This document shows positions 48,273 to 62,109 of a DNA stretch of 64,000 nucleotides, piece by piece; the stretch's first letter is position 1, and the number at the start of each line of letters is the position of its first letter. The stretch lies in assembly GCA_965153285.1 (NCBI GenBank), contig OZ229120.1; one strand, written 5' to 3'. The translations under genes were made by a program, and so were the position numbers. The notes beneath the pieces were generated by a model, which saw nothing but the letters and a program-made list of their open reading frames with translations, had not been told where the DNA came from and ran no database searches. This DNA is from Podarcis tiliguerta (Eukaryota).

Positions 48273-50854
48273 CTGCAAAAATAGAAACAGATAATGGGTG
48301 ACTAACACATTACAGCATTAGTTCTCAGCAAATACTTGCTAAAGCTTTTTCGCGCATTAGGAGTTTCACAAGCTCTAGCTCAACTCAGAAAAGGTATTGT
48401 AAACTTTGTTGACCCTCTCCCCTCCACCATCCTCACAACTCCATGCAACAATTCTCACAAGTATGGTACATATTCTTTGTAACATGAACTGTGAATGCTA
48501 GAGGTGATGCTATCAAAAGTAGTTTATCAAACTCCCTAATGCCTTCAAGTGACAGGACTTAGAAAGCTTAAGTGCATTTAGCCATTACCTAGCTTTTCTT
48601 CCTCTACTTCAGAGAAGGCAGTATTCAGTGCTGAGTATCATACACAATATTCTTTTTACCAAGAATTAAGTAAAGTCCACTTTTTCCATAACATTTAGAG
48701 CAAGTGCAAAGTTTGCTAGCAGAAACACACAGTCTGACCTTCCAGCTATAGAACAAACGGCATATAAATGTGAATATTAAATAAATAAATAGTAGTTCAA
48801 ATTTCAATGAACTTGAACAGTGTTCCTCAAACAGTGCGCTAGGACCCAGCAATGCACCATGGGACACTTTCAGGAGGCCTCAATACCACAGTCTGCCCAG
48901 GGTTTCCCACTTGCCAGTTCCATCCCCTAGCCATGTCATATAGCCTTTTGGTTGGACCACTGCCAGCACAAGCAACTCTTACATGCTGAGAAGTCATGGC
49001 CAGGAGACAGAGAAGTTCAGCAGGAGAAGGAAGGTCTCATGCCTCTGGGGTATATTCTGCCTGAAGTGTGGTAGGCTATCGTAACGCCTCCAGAGCAAAT
49101 ATTAATATTTAGCTTGAAGAAAGTGGAGCTATGAAACACCTTGCCCCAAGGAACATGCTGAGCCAATAATTTAGCAATTTCCAAAGGTGGATTAGATTTC
49201 AATAGAAAATGATTAGCCAACTGGTTATGCCAAACTCTGCCTCTACCTGGCACCATTTTGTGGTCCAAGAAATGTTCAACTTTTTAAAGACTGTGATGAA
49301 TAGCATCATAGTTTTACATTAAACATTTGATAATTATATGCCTGCTGATCAGAATCACAGCACTATTTGTCTTGTAAGCTAATACTGAGAATATGGAAAA
49401 GTGAACATGGAGAATGTGTGGGTGATTAATGATATCCTAAATTTAAAAGTAACATATTGACAAACATAAAATGCAGAAGTGTTAAAAAAACACACCCAGA
49501 TCTCAGCAAGGTCAAGTTTCATCAAGAGATTTCTGTTTATTATTTATGAATTGCCTCAAGTATTTTGGGCACTATGCTGAACAACTAAGAGAAAGCACTG
49601 TTTAGAGAGAGCTTTCAGTCTAGAAATGAAAACTGAGGAACAATAGAATAAAATGGGAACAAGTGAGGATAAAGGATACAACAACAAGATTACACGGTTG
49701 CTTAGGTTCATTATGTGTGCATCTTGATACGGCTGCTTTGCTTTGGGTTAGAATAGATGCTCCACAGGAAGATGGCAAATAAGTAGCGGAGACTGATAAA
49801 AAGGTCAAGTAGAAAGGCTGGGAAAATGTTTTGACCTATTAGAAGTCAACCTCACTTTTATAGTGGCTGCACATTTCCTTTCCATCGTCAAAGTTTAGCT
49901 TGGACCAATTTGCATTTATTCCTACTTTGCAGAATTGTGTTTTTCCACATCTTAAGCTGTTGGTTGATAGATTGATCAAAAAAACAAAACATTTGCTGCA
50001 GGTGAGTGGAGGAGCAGGTGAGGTAAAACACTACAGATTTGACTGCATTGACTCAACGAGTGGCTTTAGATGTTTCTTCTATGGGAATTTTTTTACATGT
50101 CATCCTCTTATTTCCTTAGATTCTAAACAATTGACAGAAAAGCAGCCTATGTGCCCAATAGAAAATTCACAAACACTTTTTGAATATTACATATACAGTG
50201 CACAAACAGATTGCATAGAACTCCTGTGTGCTTCCTATTCTACCTATTTAAACATTTGAAGCCCATCAATATTTTGTTGAACCTGGCATGAAGACGGCTT
50301 AAAACAGGAGGGTGATGGGTTAGTGAAGCATGTATCCCCTGTGTCATGGGACAGGATTTGCTTAGGTAAGCTTGTAAAACCATATGTGACTCTTCTTGAA
50401 AAGGGGAATTTGTGTGACTGTCTTAATTGTAGGCAATAGGTAAACTGCTTGGACTTTCGCTTGTTTGAAAAATACATACTTTGTCTTAAAGTGAGGGAAT
50501 TGTCTTGTAGATTGTGTCAACATGCACACATACTGAAAATGAGAATTTATTTGAGGATTGAGCACTCCAGCAACACCCAAAGACATGTAGAACATTAAGA
50601 CAATGGAATATGAGTGGCACATCATGCTCAATTCCAATTATAACAAGAGTCCCAGCATTACAGGACATAAGTACAGTATCAGTTTACTACTACAGATTTC
50701 ATTGTGTGCTTCTGGACCAAGTCAACAAATGATTTAACAAACATCCAATGTCTCAATTTAAACTCCGTTCTTGGCACTTGAAACATGCCCAGCATCCAGC
50801 ACTGAATAGCTAAACCAGAAAGCCGTCATTTATTTACTGTGAAGAATTTCAGTA

Positions 50855-51064
50855 CAGTGGTACCTCGGGGTACAGCTGCTTCAGGTTACAGACTCCACTA
50901 ACCCAGAACTAGTACCTTGGGTTAAGAACTTTGCTTTAGGATGAGAACAGAAATCGTGAGGCGGCAGCGGGAGGCCCCATTAGCTAAAGTGGTACCTCAG
51001 GTTAAGAATGGTTACTGGTTAAGAACGGATCTCTGGAACGAATTAAGTTCTTAACCCGAGGTAC
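50855..51064. mobile_element. Tc1/mariner (pogo/Tigger-like) MITE, right end truncated
   Basis: TA|cagtggtacctc...; right end stops at gaggtac and lacks cactg. Confidence 0.85.
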
Positions 51065-52299
51065 ACATCCCCACCACTTACAATAATTAAGTGACTTTTC
51101 CCAACTGATTACCTTGACAAGGTATGGATATAACCCACGAGAGGTTAACAGTGGAGTCGCATCTGTTTTTATTCTCTATTTTAGATTATTTCACTCCCCA
51201 CCTGAAACTGGGACTTCCAGAAGTTAAGCAACTTCACACTTCAGAGGTAGCAATGGTGTGGACATAAAATGCTTAATTTTGACTAGTTTGGACCTATAAT
51301 GTCTATACCATTACCATCCTGAAGCATGAAGTTCATTAACCTCCCAAAGAAATTAAACATCCCAGATGCCATCCACCTGCAATCTTTTCAACAAGTTGTA
51401 TCAGCTCTTAACATTTTTACAGCTTTGCATATCCATGTAACAGGAATACGACATTGCCCCTGAACAGTCTTTTAACCAGTCTTCTCATTTCTCACATAAT
51501 GCTCTTTTCAGGGCGACTACTGTACGTCTTTGTGTGTGCAGTAGTTTCCATCTCTACTTACCCATTTCAAAACATACATACTGAAATTCAATGCATGTTT
51601 CATTCATGGAGATGAAACAAACATTGCTTTTGAAAGCATGCCTCCCACCTACTGGAACGCTGTAAATCTGTAGACTTCCTTCCTCCAGAGAATTCCAGAG
51701 TGCACAGAAAGCATTTAAATGGTTATGGATAATGTAGTAGACTGCTCAGCTAGTCAGAGTATCCTGCCATGTCTTATGCTAAAGCTACTCCATTTTCCCA
51801 GCAGGAAATATTCAGGAAATGCTCCATTTAACAAAGAGCACAATAATGATTAACAAGGCAGCAAGATCCCCATGAGATATTACACCTCCAGATGTCCATA
51901 ATAAAAAGAAAAAACCACCAATGAAATTACACAAATAGAGAATAATAAAGGGAAGCAAAAAAATAAAGGGAAATGTACCTTTTCTACTGGCAAAGTGCTT
52001 CTAAAGGGTCACACACTTTTGCACAGAAAAAGAAATGCAGTCTAGATGTCTGCTATGCTTTATCTTTGCATATTTAAAGTTTTCTAAAATAGCACATCTA
52101 CTATCAGCATTGACAACTGCAAAGACTGCTAGCATACTTACAAAACACTAATCTTAGATTAATCATCTATTATTAGTATCAAACTACTTTCCTGTATTTT
52201 TTAAGCTTGTCTCATGGTTAACCTTCTGTTGACAGTAAATAAATATGCATGTATACTTCTTTAATACAAGACTTACATTTGCATTACAAAACTGATCAA

Positions 52300-52570
52300 A
52301 AGAAGTCCTTTTTTGTGGTGGCCCCCAAGCTCTAAAATAGTTAGCCAGTATGATGCAACTGTCCAGAGACTGGCTCCTTCAAATGAATTGTTAAGGCCTT
52401 TCTCTTCAGACAAGCTTTTAATAATTCGGGTATAGTTTAAATGCTGAATGTCAGTTTTTAATCTACAACTGCTGTTCCTGAAACTTTATTGCCATTTTAT
52501 TTTTTCTTTAAATGCAACCCCTTTTGGAGCAATTGTTGAAAAGCAGGCTATAATTTCACCATATAATAAA
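52300..52570 (+). mobile_element. L2 3' fragment
   Basis: ccttttttgtggtggcccccaagctct...aaggcctttctcttcagacaagctttta motif. Confidence 0.55.
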
Positions 52571-53415
52571 AATGCACTGCCAATGTGAACATTTATAATA
52601 CATTGAAAGCACGGGCTAGGAAAGATTTTCACTAGAGTAAAAGTGGTTAAGAACAGAACGAACTTTTTTTAGAATCATTCCTGCCATGCTGAAATACATT
52701 CACAGCACTTGCTTGCAGAGGGGCAGTGCTTAAGTTGTATTCTTTGAATTCTCTATATAAAAATATGCGCCAGAAATTAGAATAAACCAGCCACACGAAA
52801 GCAAACTGCAAAGCTAATGGGAAAGAAACCGCTGGTCTGACACAATGATCCCTGACTAAGATAAGGGGAAAGACAGAACATGAAGGCACAACTATGAATG
52901 CTAATACCACGCAGTACTGTCAGATGCTACTATTGGAAACATTTCTTTAAACAGAAGCCAAAACAAATTTTCCGGCATAGTCAAACTATCATTTTCCTTT
53001 TTAAAAAAAAATTAAGCTGTGTTTTTATACTGTAAACCGCCCTGTGATCCTTGGATGAAGGGCGGTATAATAAATAAAATAATAAGGATTTGAAAGAAGT
53101 GGTCAGACAAATGAGATAATAGCAGGTCTATGCATTTCCTTTAGAAGGTTCATCTTTGAAGATGACCTTTGGAGACTGCTTGGAAATGCATAAAGAAGCT
53201 TCCCAATTACTTGGAGGGGTGTGTGTACAAGAAATCAGAGCATATAAACACTGGTTCTGTACCAGCTGCACTGACTGAAAGTGTGTTCCAAGGCCAGTTT
53301 AAAGTGCTCTCTATCTAAAACCCTAAATGGGCCAAGCAGATCATTTGAAAGACAGCTCAACCTATAAGAGCCAACTCAGGCTTTAAGACTAGCCATGGAG
53401 GTCCTAATCAGAGCA

Positions 53416-53665
53416 CAGTCATACCTTGGATCCCAAACACCTTGGTACCCAGACATTTTGGCTGTCGAACGCCACAAATCCAAAAGTGAGTGTTCCGGTT
53501 TGCAAACATTCTTTGGAACCCGAACGTCCGACGGGGCTTCAGTGGCTTCAGATTGGCTGCAGGAGCTTCCTGCAGCCAATGAAAAGCCACACTTTGGTTT
53601 CCAAACATTTTGGAAGTTGAATGGACTTCCAGAACAGATTCCGTTCGACTTCCAAGGTACGACTA
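53416..53665. mobile_element. Tc1/mariner (Tigger-like) MITE, different subfamily
   Basis: Terminal repeats cagtcataccttgga / tccaaggtacgacta followed by TA; internal palindrome gattggctgcagga...tcctgcagccaat. Confidence 0.75.
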
Positions 53666-54589
53666 TACAGCACATCAGATTGACGGGTTTATAAGACGAA
53701 CCACATGGCAGTGGTGAGCATGCAGAACTCCCTCCCACAAGAAGTGTGATTAAAACTGCCAATGGGTGATGCAAACAGGTTGCTTAGAAGCTTTTAAATA
53801 TAACTTTCAGAAAATTAAAAATCAATGAAATATAACCCAGGGAAGGCAGGGTAAGAGACATTCAGCAGCCAGAGCAATAATTCCATTATATATTATGTTG
53901 CAACTGAGTTACATAATGTTAGATTTTTCAGAGCTTTTCAACTTATTTATTGAAGCCTGTACAAATATGTCATCTGCTTCACCTTACAGAACCAAGAGCT
54001 CGATTAATTACTTTCTCAAGCAACACTGGCTTTATCCTACACAACTCATAAGGTACGCACCACAGTAAATTTTAACAGTAGTTTTTGTGAGGAGAGGAAG
54101 AGCTTTATTTTTACTTTTGTGTAAGTTTTGTATGAAAACATTTATAGTGTAACAAAGTTATTTGATAAGCATCTCACACTTCGGTAAGATACATTAACTC
54201 CCCATACTACTAAGACACAATGTGTAGAACTAAATCGGCAACAAGAGAAAAACAGCTTACTTTTAACAGGGCACCCTGGTTTCTATTCCTGAGACACAGC
54301 CAGCTGTTTGCTTCTGAAAAGCTGATTACATGTTGCTTAGACTAAACTATGAAAGTGTCTGGAAAATAGGATTAACCAATTTAGCAGCGATCAAAACAAG
54401 AGGTTGAAAGAGGTGGTACGGTAACCCAGACAGAAAGAGGAAAGCAGTCAGTCACTAGAGACAATGAAAGGGCATTGACAATGGGGCGGGAGGTCACTTT
54501 CATATGTTAAGGTGAAGATACAGGATAATGCTTAGCATCCCTATTTTCTGTTGCCACATAGTGTTCGTTCTGCACTTGTAAGGAATCAA

Positions 54590-54890
54590 TCTTTTAGTGC
54601 AACAGCACCTATACTCTGGAACTGCCCGCCCTTTGACATTAGGCAGGCAACTTTGCTGCAGCTACTAAGAATTTTTTGTGTTTACCCCGATAGGCATGGT
54701 TAGCATACATTTTATTTGCATATCCTGAACTGCTGATTTTATTTATATTTTGATTTTTTTTAAAGTTAAAAGCCAGAGTTAAAAACAAGTTATTGATAAT
54801 GTTAATGGAAATGTTAGTTTTATAAAACTGCTTAGTGGTTGTTGTCCCCATCCCCCCCAATAATGGAGTATACAAATTCCATTAAATAAA
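54590..54890 (+). mobile_element. L2 3' fragment
   Basis: gcacctatactctggaactgcccgcc...gacattaggcaggca motif plus an AT-rich tail. Confidence 0.5.
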
Positions 54891-57004
54891 ACATGTGCCT
54901 CCACCCCAGCTGCTGGGTGGGGTGGGGTGCAACACGTGCCCTAGGCACTGGCAACCCACGCTACACCACTGAATGGCAATACACAGGACCCAGCCTAGAA
55001 GAGAGCTTTCTCTCATTTTTCTAAGTATCAACTGACAATCTTTAGAAAAAGAGCTAGGTAGATATTTTCACACACTGGACACCATAACAAAAGATACACC
55101 CTTTACTGTATTCCCATCTATTTAAGATGATAGCAAGACATCTGCGACCTCAGTGGACAGACAGGATTATTCAGAAGCAGAAAGTCCTCAAATGACCTGC
55201 CCTTTGCATAAGTTGCTGTTCTTGGCTGTTCCCCTTTCCATCCAGGAGCCATGTCCAGAACTGCAACACGTTCAGTAGCACCACAGGTGGGTTCCACTAA
55301 CGAGACAAAATTGTTAACACGAAATGTTTGCCTTTTAAGAGCATTTTCCATTTAGAAAATGAGCATGCCTCTGCTATCAAAAGTCCGAGAAGCATACTCG
55401 CTGAAGAGCTGGCTGTAATAAGTCAGCGAACAGGATGCAACAAAGGAACAAAGGTCACAATGAAGTACAGTACCTGGAATGTAAGAGGCATAAATGTACC
55501 ACAATAGCTTAATGCGTGTATCTGGATAATGACATTTAAGTGGCACATGCCAACATTGCTGATATTTAACTCAAAAAAATTATGAAGGAAAACACAACCA
55601 CAAAATTACAGCAGCATTCTCTAAGTGCATATGAACAACCACTTTACTGAAGTCTAATTTTCTCCAGGTTAAGCCCCAAAGGCTGGAAATCGTGCAACCT
55701 TTAGTACTTTTGTCTGGTAATCTTCCACAACAGGATTACCTAGTTTTATATTTATACAACTCAAGTCATCATCTCTCAATGACTCACAATTCTCACAAAT
55801 CCTGAATTTCACTTTATCCTTTGCCTAGACAGTGGGTACACAGGTTAAGAGCACTTGTCATGATTTTGATGTCTCAGTACAGAACTATTCTTCCATCTAA
55901 AATCTAAAAAAACAGGCCTGCAAAGAGCAATGGATTCAATGGCTTAGATCCTAAGCTTCAATAACGTCTCAGGGTGGAAAGTTTCTCATTCCGTGGTGCC
56001 ATCTGTACAGTACTTTGGAGAAGAATTCCAGGAGAATGAGCAGGAGGACATCACCACATTGAGAAGTGCACCTGTAGGGTAATTAAATCCAGTAAAAAAT
56101 TACCTAACTGCACCACTGTTCCAATTTGCTCTTTCTCCCTCTCTACCCCATCCCAAAGTATTCAGAAGGGTCCCTCACAATTCTGAGAGAGGTTTTAATT
56201 TTTTTGCAGTGTGGTGGTGGTGTAGAAGGTTGAAGGAGGAAATAGAGGATGGGAAAATTTTCTTCTGTGAATTTCCTTAAATAGAATTATTTAAGGATCC
56301 AAGTGAAATAGTTTTAGTGTTTAAATCCTCATGAATTTAATTTCTGACCTTGTAACCATGCACAGTTAATTAAAAAGCAAGTACATTTTTAAAATTGTGA
56401 ATAACTAACACAATCCCATAACAGAAATATTTAGTTGTGTCTACAGTTGCATTAGGCAATATTGCTAATAGGCATATAAATTTTTTATGCATCTAAAACT
56501 ATTATATTCAGTTTTTTATTATAGGCAAGCTGTTCACTGTCTATATTTAGGATCATCTTGTTTAATATTTGCAATGTTTCACATAGTGTAGGCAAAGAAT
56601 TCCAGCATGACAGCAATATTGAAATTATCCAAAAAGCTGTCAAAAGTCTGCACAAGCACTGCCAATCGGTAAACAGTGATTACTCAAACCTGAAATCTCT
56701 TCCAAAAGCAACAAAAATAAACTTGTTAAGAAGACGTTACATTCCAAGGAAATTATCAAAGAAATTCCATTCATCTCCTTCTTTCAATGCATTCTTTATA
56801 CTGCTAATAATAAACCCTGATTAGGGTTTTTATTAAAAAGAAATAAATCCATATAATCCTAAATTTATAATTCATATCCTGAAATGAAGCTATAAGAGTA
56901 ACATGGATACATTTACAAATTGTCGTATTTCCATAATATTTTTCCATGGTAAGTAATGCATAACGTTTCCCTACTCCAACTGGTTCACATTCTATAGAAT
57001 ACAG

Positions 57005-57370
57005 TTTATTTAATTATTACTTATACCTTCATCCCACTTTTTTCTCCAAGGAGCTCAATGTGATGTACACAGTTCTGACCCTCCTCATTTAACCCCCACA
57101 ACAACCCTATATGGTAGGTTAGGATGAGAGGCAACAACCGGCCCAAGGTCACCCAATGAGTTTCATGGCCCAGTGGGGATTTGAACCCTGGTCTCCCAGC
57201 TCCTAGTCCCACACTCTAAGCAAGCCTTTCTCAACCTTGTGTCCCTGAATGTTGTTGGAATACAACTCCCATCATCCCTAACCACTGGCCCAGCCAGGGA
57301 TGATGGGAGTTGTAGTCCAACAACATCTGGGGGCCAAGGCTGAGAAAGGCTGCTGTAACCACACTGGCCC
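57005..57370 (-). mobile_element. MIR-derived (Squam3-like) SINE with a MITE nested in its head
   Basis: The minus strand reads GGACTAGGAGCTGGGAGACCAGGGTTCAAATCCCC (B-box), then GGGTGACCTTGGGCC core and an AATAAA-rich tail. Confidence 0.8.
57222..57352. mobile_element. Palindromic hAT-type MITE nested in a SINE
   Basis: agcctttctcaacctt ... aaggctgagaaaggctg; TSD ctctaagc/ctgtaacc. Confidence 0.8.
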
Positions 57371-57407
57371 TCTAGATTTTACAGAACATTATTCACACCA
57401 CAGAAAC

Positions 57408-57602
57408 GGGTTGCAACTCAGGGGTAGACAATTTGCTTTGTATTCTGAAGGTCCTAGGTTTAATTTGCAGCATATCCAGACAGAGCTAGAAAGACTTCTG
57501 TATGAAACCAATGGAAAGCTAGTCTGCCAGTCTGGGTTGACAGTATTGAACTAGATGTACCAATGGCCTGACCACATTACAAAGAATTTTCCTATATTCC
57601 TA
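57408..57602 (+). mobile_element. Old tRNA-headed SINE with CR1-like tail (reverse fragment also at about 13549-13628)
   Basis: actcaggggtaga...gaaggtcctaggtttaat head; ctgccagtc...gaactagatgtaccaatggcctgac...ttcctatattccta tail. Confidence 0.55.
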
Positions 57603-57888
57603 AGGTATAAAACAGTTTAAAATTAAAATAGTTGGCTTTGAGTTGGACAGATATGATTTATGTGGTACTTTGCCTCATCAAAACATCTGTCTTCACTAGG
57701 GATCATACAGCAGATTTATATCGCCAGCCCTGTCTGTATGCATGGTTTCTGTTAAAGAATCCTTGCAAGAGGCAACAAGGGAGAGGACAAGGAAAGACAA
57801 AACAAGAGGATGAGCTAGCAAGGCAAGAGCCAGGAAGAAGCACGGCTTTGGTTATATTCTATTTCCGACAGTTTCTAATACTATAAAG

Positions 57889-58023
57889 CAGGCATGGCCA
57901 AACTTGCCCTCCAGCTGCTTTGGGACTACAATTCTCATCATCCCTAGCTAACAGGACCAGAGGTCAGTGATGATGGGAATTGTAGTCCCAAAACAGCTGG
58001 AAGGCCAAGTTTGGCCATGCCTG
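57889..58023. mobile_element. Palindromic hAT-type MITE
   Basis: caggcatggccaaactt ... aagtttggccatgcctg; TSD ctataaag / c-ataaag. Confidence 0.87.
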
Positions 58024-58839
58024 CATAAAGTCTTAATACCATATTTTACATTAGGGGGCTTTCTAATGTTTTCAGATGCATTGCACTTCCTAATCTTGAA
58101 CATGGAAAGTGGCTCTGCAGCTGCAATCCTACACATACATCCTTGAGAGAGAGAGGCCCCTTTGGGCCTTTACTCCTGAGTAGACATGAACAGGATTGCC
58201 AGAGATGACCTGCACTTTCTAGGTGTATTACTCAGCAGTTTATACTCTTGTACATTTTACTGTACAACTTGCCTTGCTCAGCATACCTAGCCCTTTGCAT
58301 GGCTGTTTCATTCTGCATTTTAGGTTGCTGATGACATTACTGTATTCTGCCCATGATTTCCTTTGCAGAAAGCAATCTTCTACCACCACCTAGCACTTAT
58401 TACTCTCGTTTAAGGAATAATTTATTCTCTTACAGCTATTGCAATGCCTTAAGGTCATTGACTGCAAGCTTGGAACTTATTGATGATCACTTCCATGCCA
58501 TACAGAGATGTTATAGATACGTAATGGCAAGATTTTGATGGAATATTCCATAGTAAAAAGACATAACAAAATATAATCCTGAGAACCGTGACTTTTCAGC
58601 ACCTTGATTAAATTAACTGCATAGTTTTATTACACCACGGGGCCAATACCTCTGCTCTTCCATAACATAAATCCATGGATGCAATAAAGGGAAGCTTATT
58701 GAGATTACAAGGTGTCCTTGAAGATAATGCAAACAAGCAGACATAATGCAGACGTTTTTACTGTCTTCAGTTGTATTATATTCGATCACAATAAAGAGAT
58801 CCTTCAGATATGCTATTGTTGTGGTTTAGGGGCATGCAT

Positions 58840-58841
58840 AC

Positions 58842-58880
<39 letters not shown>

Positions 58881-58894
58881 TACACACACACACA
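58840..58894. repeat. (CT)n(CA)n compound microsatellite
   Basis: Direct inspection. Confidence 0.9.
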
Positions 58895-59037
58895 ATTTTC
58901 AAGCCTACTCAGTGTTTCCTTTAAACATGATTTCAGCTGTGGCTCAGCTGCTCTAGGCAGGTTCATACAGCATAACTGAGCTATGATGAATACCATCCTT
59001 CATACATCAGCAAGTTGCCCCTGTACACAGGCTAGAG

Positions 59038-59173
59038 CAGGCATCCCCAAACTCGGCCCTCCAGCTGTTTTGGGACTACAACTCCCATCATCCCTGACCA
59101 CTGGTCCTGTTAGCTAGAGATGATGGGAGTTGTAGTCCCAAAACAGCTGGAGGGCCAAGTTTGGGGATGCCTG
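59038..59173. mobile_element. Palindromic hAT-type MITE, best-preserved copy (136 bp)
   Basis: About 55-bp near-perfect inverted arms; perfect 8-bp TSD ggctagag. Confidence 0.92.
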
Positions 59174-60927
59174 GGCTAGAGCAACAGTTCCTTCCCAAGC
59201 AAGAAAGCCAAGGTTTCTGCTTTCCTTGGAAAATGTGGATACAGATCACACCATGCACTGGAATTTATCACCAATAAAATGTACTGTAAGTTTTAAAAAA
59301 TCTGCTTCTAGGTGGATTCAAAGCATTTTCTTACTATAAAAAGAAGCCTCTTCATCCAGTGCCAGTGCAAAAAGTTTGCACTCAAGATTTCTCACAAGGT
59401 TTGCTGCAGATAAGGTAGTTTATTGTTTGGGGATTTTTGCTATATTTAAAACAATCTTTATAAGAATTTCAAGTATCTTGTAAACATGGTTAGAAATTTT
59501 TAGGTTTTTTCTAATCTGTCTCGTTTCACTATTTGAAAAGAAACTTATTCACAATAACTTAAACTTGAAAACTCAGTTTAGGAAGACAAAAATCTATATA
59601 GTTCATCCACAAGGTACATGTGTTAACTTTAAATGTTGTTTGCTTGATTTGATTATGTGTTTCAGCAGCACACAAGCTTAACAGCACACTCTAATAATAA
59701 TTTAATGATGGCACAAGACATCAGTGAATTAATATTTCCCATTTTCAGCCCATAAAAAAGAAGTCCCTGATTATTCCTTTATGAAGCAAAATATGTCGGC
59801 ATTCATCTAAGGAATTTCTGTGACTTGAACCGGCCTGGCTGCTCCCACCTTGTAACCAGTAGGTGAAATCAAGAGTTGTGATTGACAAACAGTTGTTTGG
59901 ACACCAGTCCCATGGGGCATACACTTGCCCCGGGCCTCAGACAAGCTCTGAACAGGTCTGCCTAAGGTTCTAAATTGCTGCTGTTTACCCCTTCCTTTTG
60001 GCACACTTTTATTTTGGGGCCTTCCACTCCACCTGCAAATGAGGACACAAATTTGCATATAACAAAACATATGCAAATCTGTGTACTATTTTCTGAGTAG
60101 ATCAGAGGGCCTAATACACATACAGTGTACTGGACCTAGAAAATCCGGTTGGGCCCGTTCAATAGAGGCATATTGGTTAAAAAAAAAAAAAAAGCATGTT
60201 GCACATTTTGCTTTGTTTTCTCACACTGTTTCATTCCCACAAGAGCTGTACTCAAAAGGAAGAGAAAAGGCACGCTTATGTGTTTTATTTGGGAAAAAAA
60301 GACCACATACAGTAGTTCTTTTGAACAAGGACAAAACATTTTATTCCTCACTGAAGCACCATGTATAAAGGCAGAATTTCTCCGGAAAACTGCTTGCGTG
60401 AACTTACAAGGCCTAAAAATCAAAACTGAAAGTGAGAGAGAAAAATGCTATTTATACCACAGCTGGAGCTGTAGGAGCTCCATTTGTCTTACAGTTTACA
60501 TTCAGACCATTTAACACTTGAATCTAAGATGAAAACATTTCTCACTGGTGCTAATGAAGAGCTACCAAGCTTCCTGCAGAAAGGAACAAAAGCTCTAAAG
60601 CTTTATGAAACTGAATCCAAGTGCACAAGCTAAATTTTACAGCAATTCCTCCCCACCGCAAAAAAGGGGCATAACAACAGGAATGAGCCACCAGGCTATA
60701 AACAATTTCTGGATAATATCCCTTTCTTAAGAATCCACAGATAGCCTACTGACCAAGCCATCCAAAAAGAGAGCTTCCTTGACAACCCTACTTCAAAGCA
60801 TGCCTCTCTATGTGCCTGTGGGAATTGCGAGTTAGTAGGACAGTTCTTCACACGTAGCCAAGTATTTGTACTGTATGATTCCACAGTAATGTATTCATTC
60901 TCTGATTTAAAATCACATGAACAACTG

Positions 60928-61059
60928 ACCCTCCAAGTGTCCATATTTTCCAAAGACGGTCCCGGATTTATAAAGCTGTCCCAGTTTCTGATTTGATCCC
61001 AGAATGTCCTGCTTTTCCTTAGGACATCCCTATTTTCATCGGAGATATGTTGGAGGGTA
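60928..61059. mobile_element. Small non-autonomous DNA element fragment
   Basis: accctccaa ... ttggagggt inverted ends with internal gtccc/ggac subterminal repeats. Confidence 0.45.
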
Positions 61060-61239
61060 CAGAGTTATGCGACCCCTGAGCCAAGGAGATACACTCTTTT
61101 ACTAACTGTATCCAGAAGAGTGCACAGAATAACCCTAAATTTGGGAGGGGGAGGAGAAGAGACAGAGGCTGAAGTATCCAAATCTTTGCTGGGTTCTCAC
61201 CAACAATGGGAATTGTATGTTCTGACCTACGTGCAACAG

Positions 61240-61340
61240 ACTAAAGCCTAGTCACTGCATTTTAAACCAAATGAAGCTTCTCAACAGTCTTCATAGACAG
61301 GCCCCATGCAAAATGCATTATTACAATATCTGAATCTGGA
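61240..61340 (-). mobile_element. L2 ORF2 fragment
   Basis: The minus strand gives degenerate YCNNAFCMG..KTVEKLHLV.NAV.RL, similar to the L2 motif DYCNALY.GLP...KLQLVQNAAAR. Confidence 0.45.
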
Positions 61341-61395
61341 GTTTCCGTACTATGTAATAGAGGGACACCAACCCTCCCATCTGGAGAGTCCAAAT

Positions 61396-61528
61396 CAGGC
61401 TTCGCTACCTGATGCGCTCTAGATGTCGTCCCGTCTCCCATCAGCCCCTGTCAACATGGCCAATAGTCAGGGACTGCAGAATTTGTAGTCCAACAACATT
61501 TGGACAGCACCAAATTTGGAGCAATTGG
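61396..61528. mobile_element. Degenerate palindromic hAT-type MITE
   Basis: ctcccatcagccc...ggccaatagtcaggga...ttgtagtccaacaacat core. Confidence 0.55.
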
Positions 61529-62109
61529 TCTAGAGACTAAGTATATATTTGCTCACAAATGTTATTGACATTCTGCTCACTCCTTTAACATTGCACAGAA
61601 CTGGCACATAGTTTTAAATGTTGGTATGCAAGTTGGGCTGCCCTTGTTCATCTCAAAAGAATAGCAAGGTGCCTAGAGAAGCAATTCAGAAGAAGGCTTC
61701 CCTCAGATGTTGGCCGAGGTCAGCTATCAACCCTTTGTTCGCAGATAAAACTGTCCTCCTCCACCTCCACCAATCCAAATGCAGAACACAGAGCATTTTA
61801 TAAAGAAGATTTCAAAGAGTAAACAGAACTGCTGCATTTAAATCTACTCCCCATGGGTTCTTCCCGTCACAACACATCTCTCAGCTAGAAATGTATAAAC
61901 ATTGCCTGCATTTTAATATGAAGTGAGGAATTTTGACTGTCTGTAGAAACAAATGTTCCTTTGTCTTTTTAGGATGCTGAGAAACCCACCTTCCCAATCA
62001 ACAGCAAAAAGAAAGGCTTGCCGCTTCTTTTTCTATAGTAAAAAATAATGTTACTTGTCAACTTTATAGTGCATGCTGTAAGATCTGGTTCCCTGTGTTC
62101 AGACTGTGT

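Noticed and set aside
53376-53774. Overlapping ORFs on both strands (132, 99, 66 and 64 aa)
   Set aside because: They span a semi-palindromic MITE and show no transposase or other protein motifs.
3567-61528. Recurrent ggactacaactcccatc motifs as a CRISPR-like or regulatory array
   Set aside because: They are dispersed, each sits inside an inverted-repeat element, mostly with 8-bp TSDs, and the context is eukaryotic; they are MITE copies.
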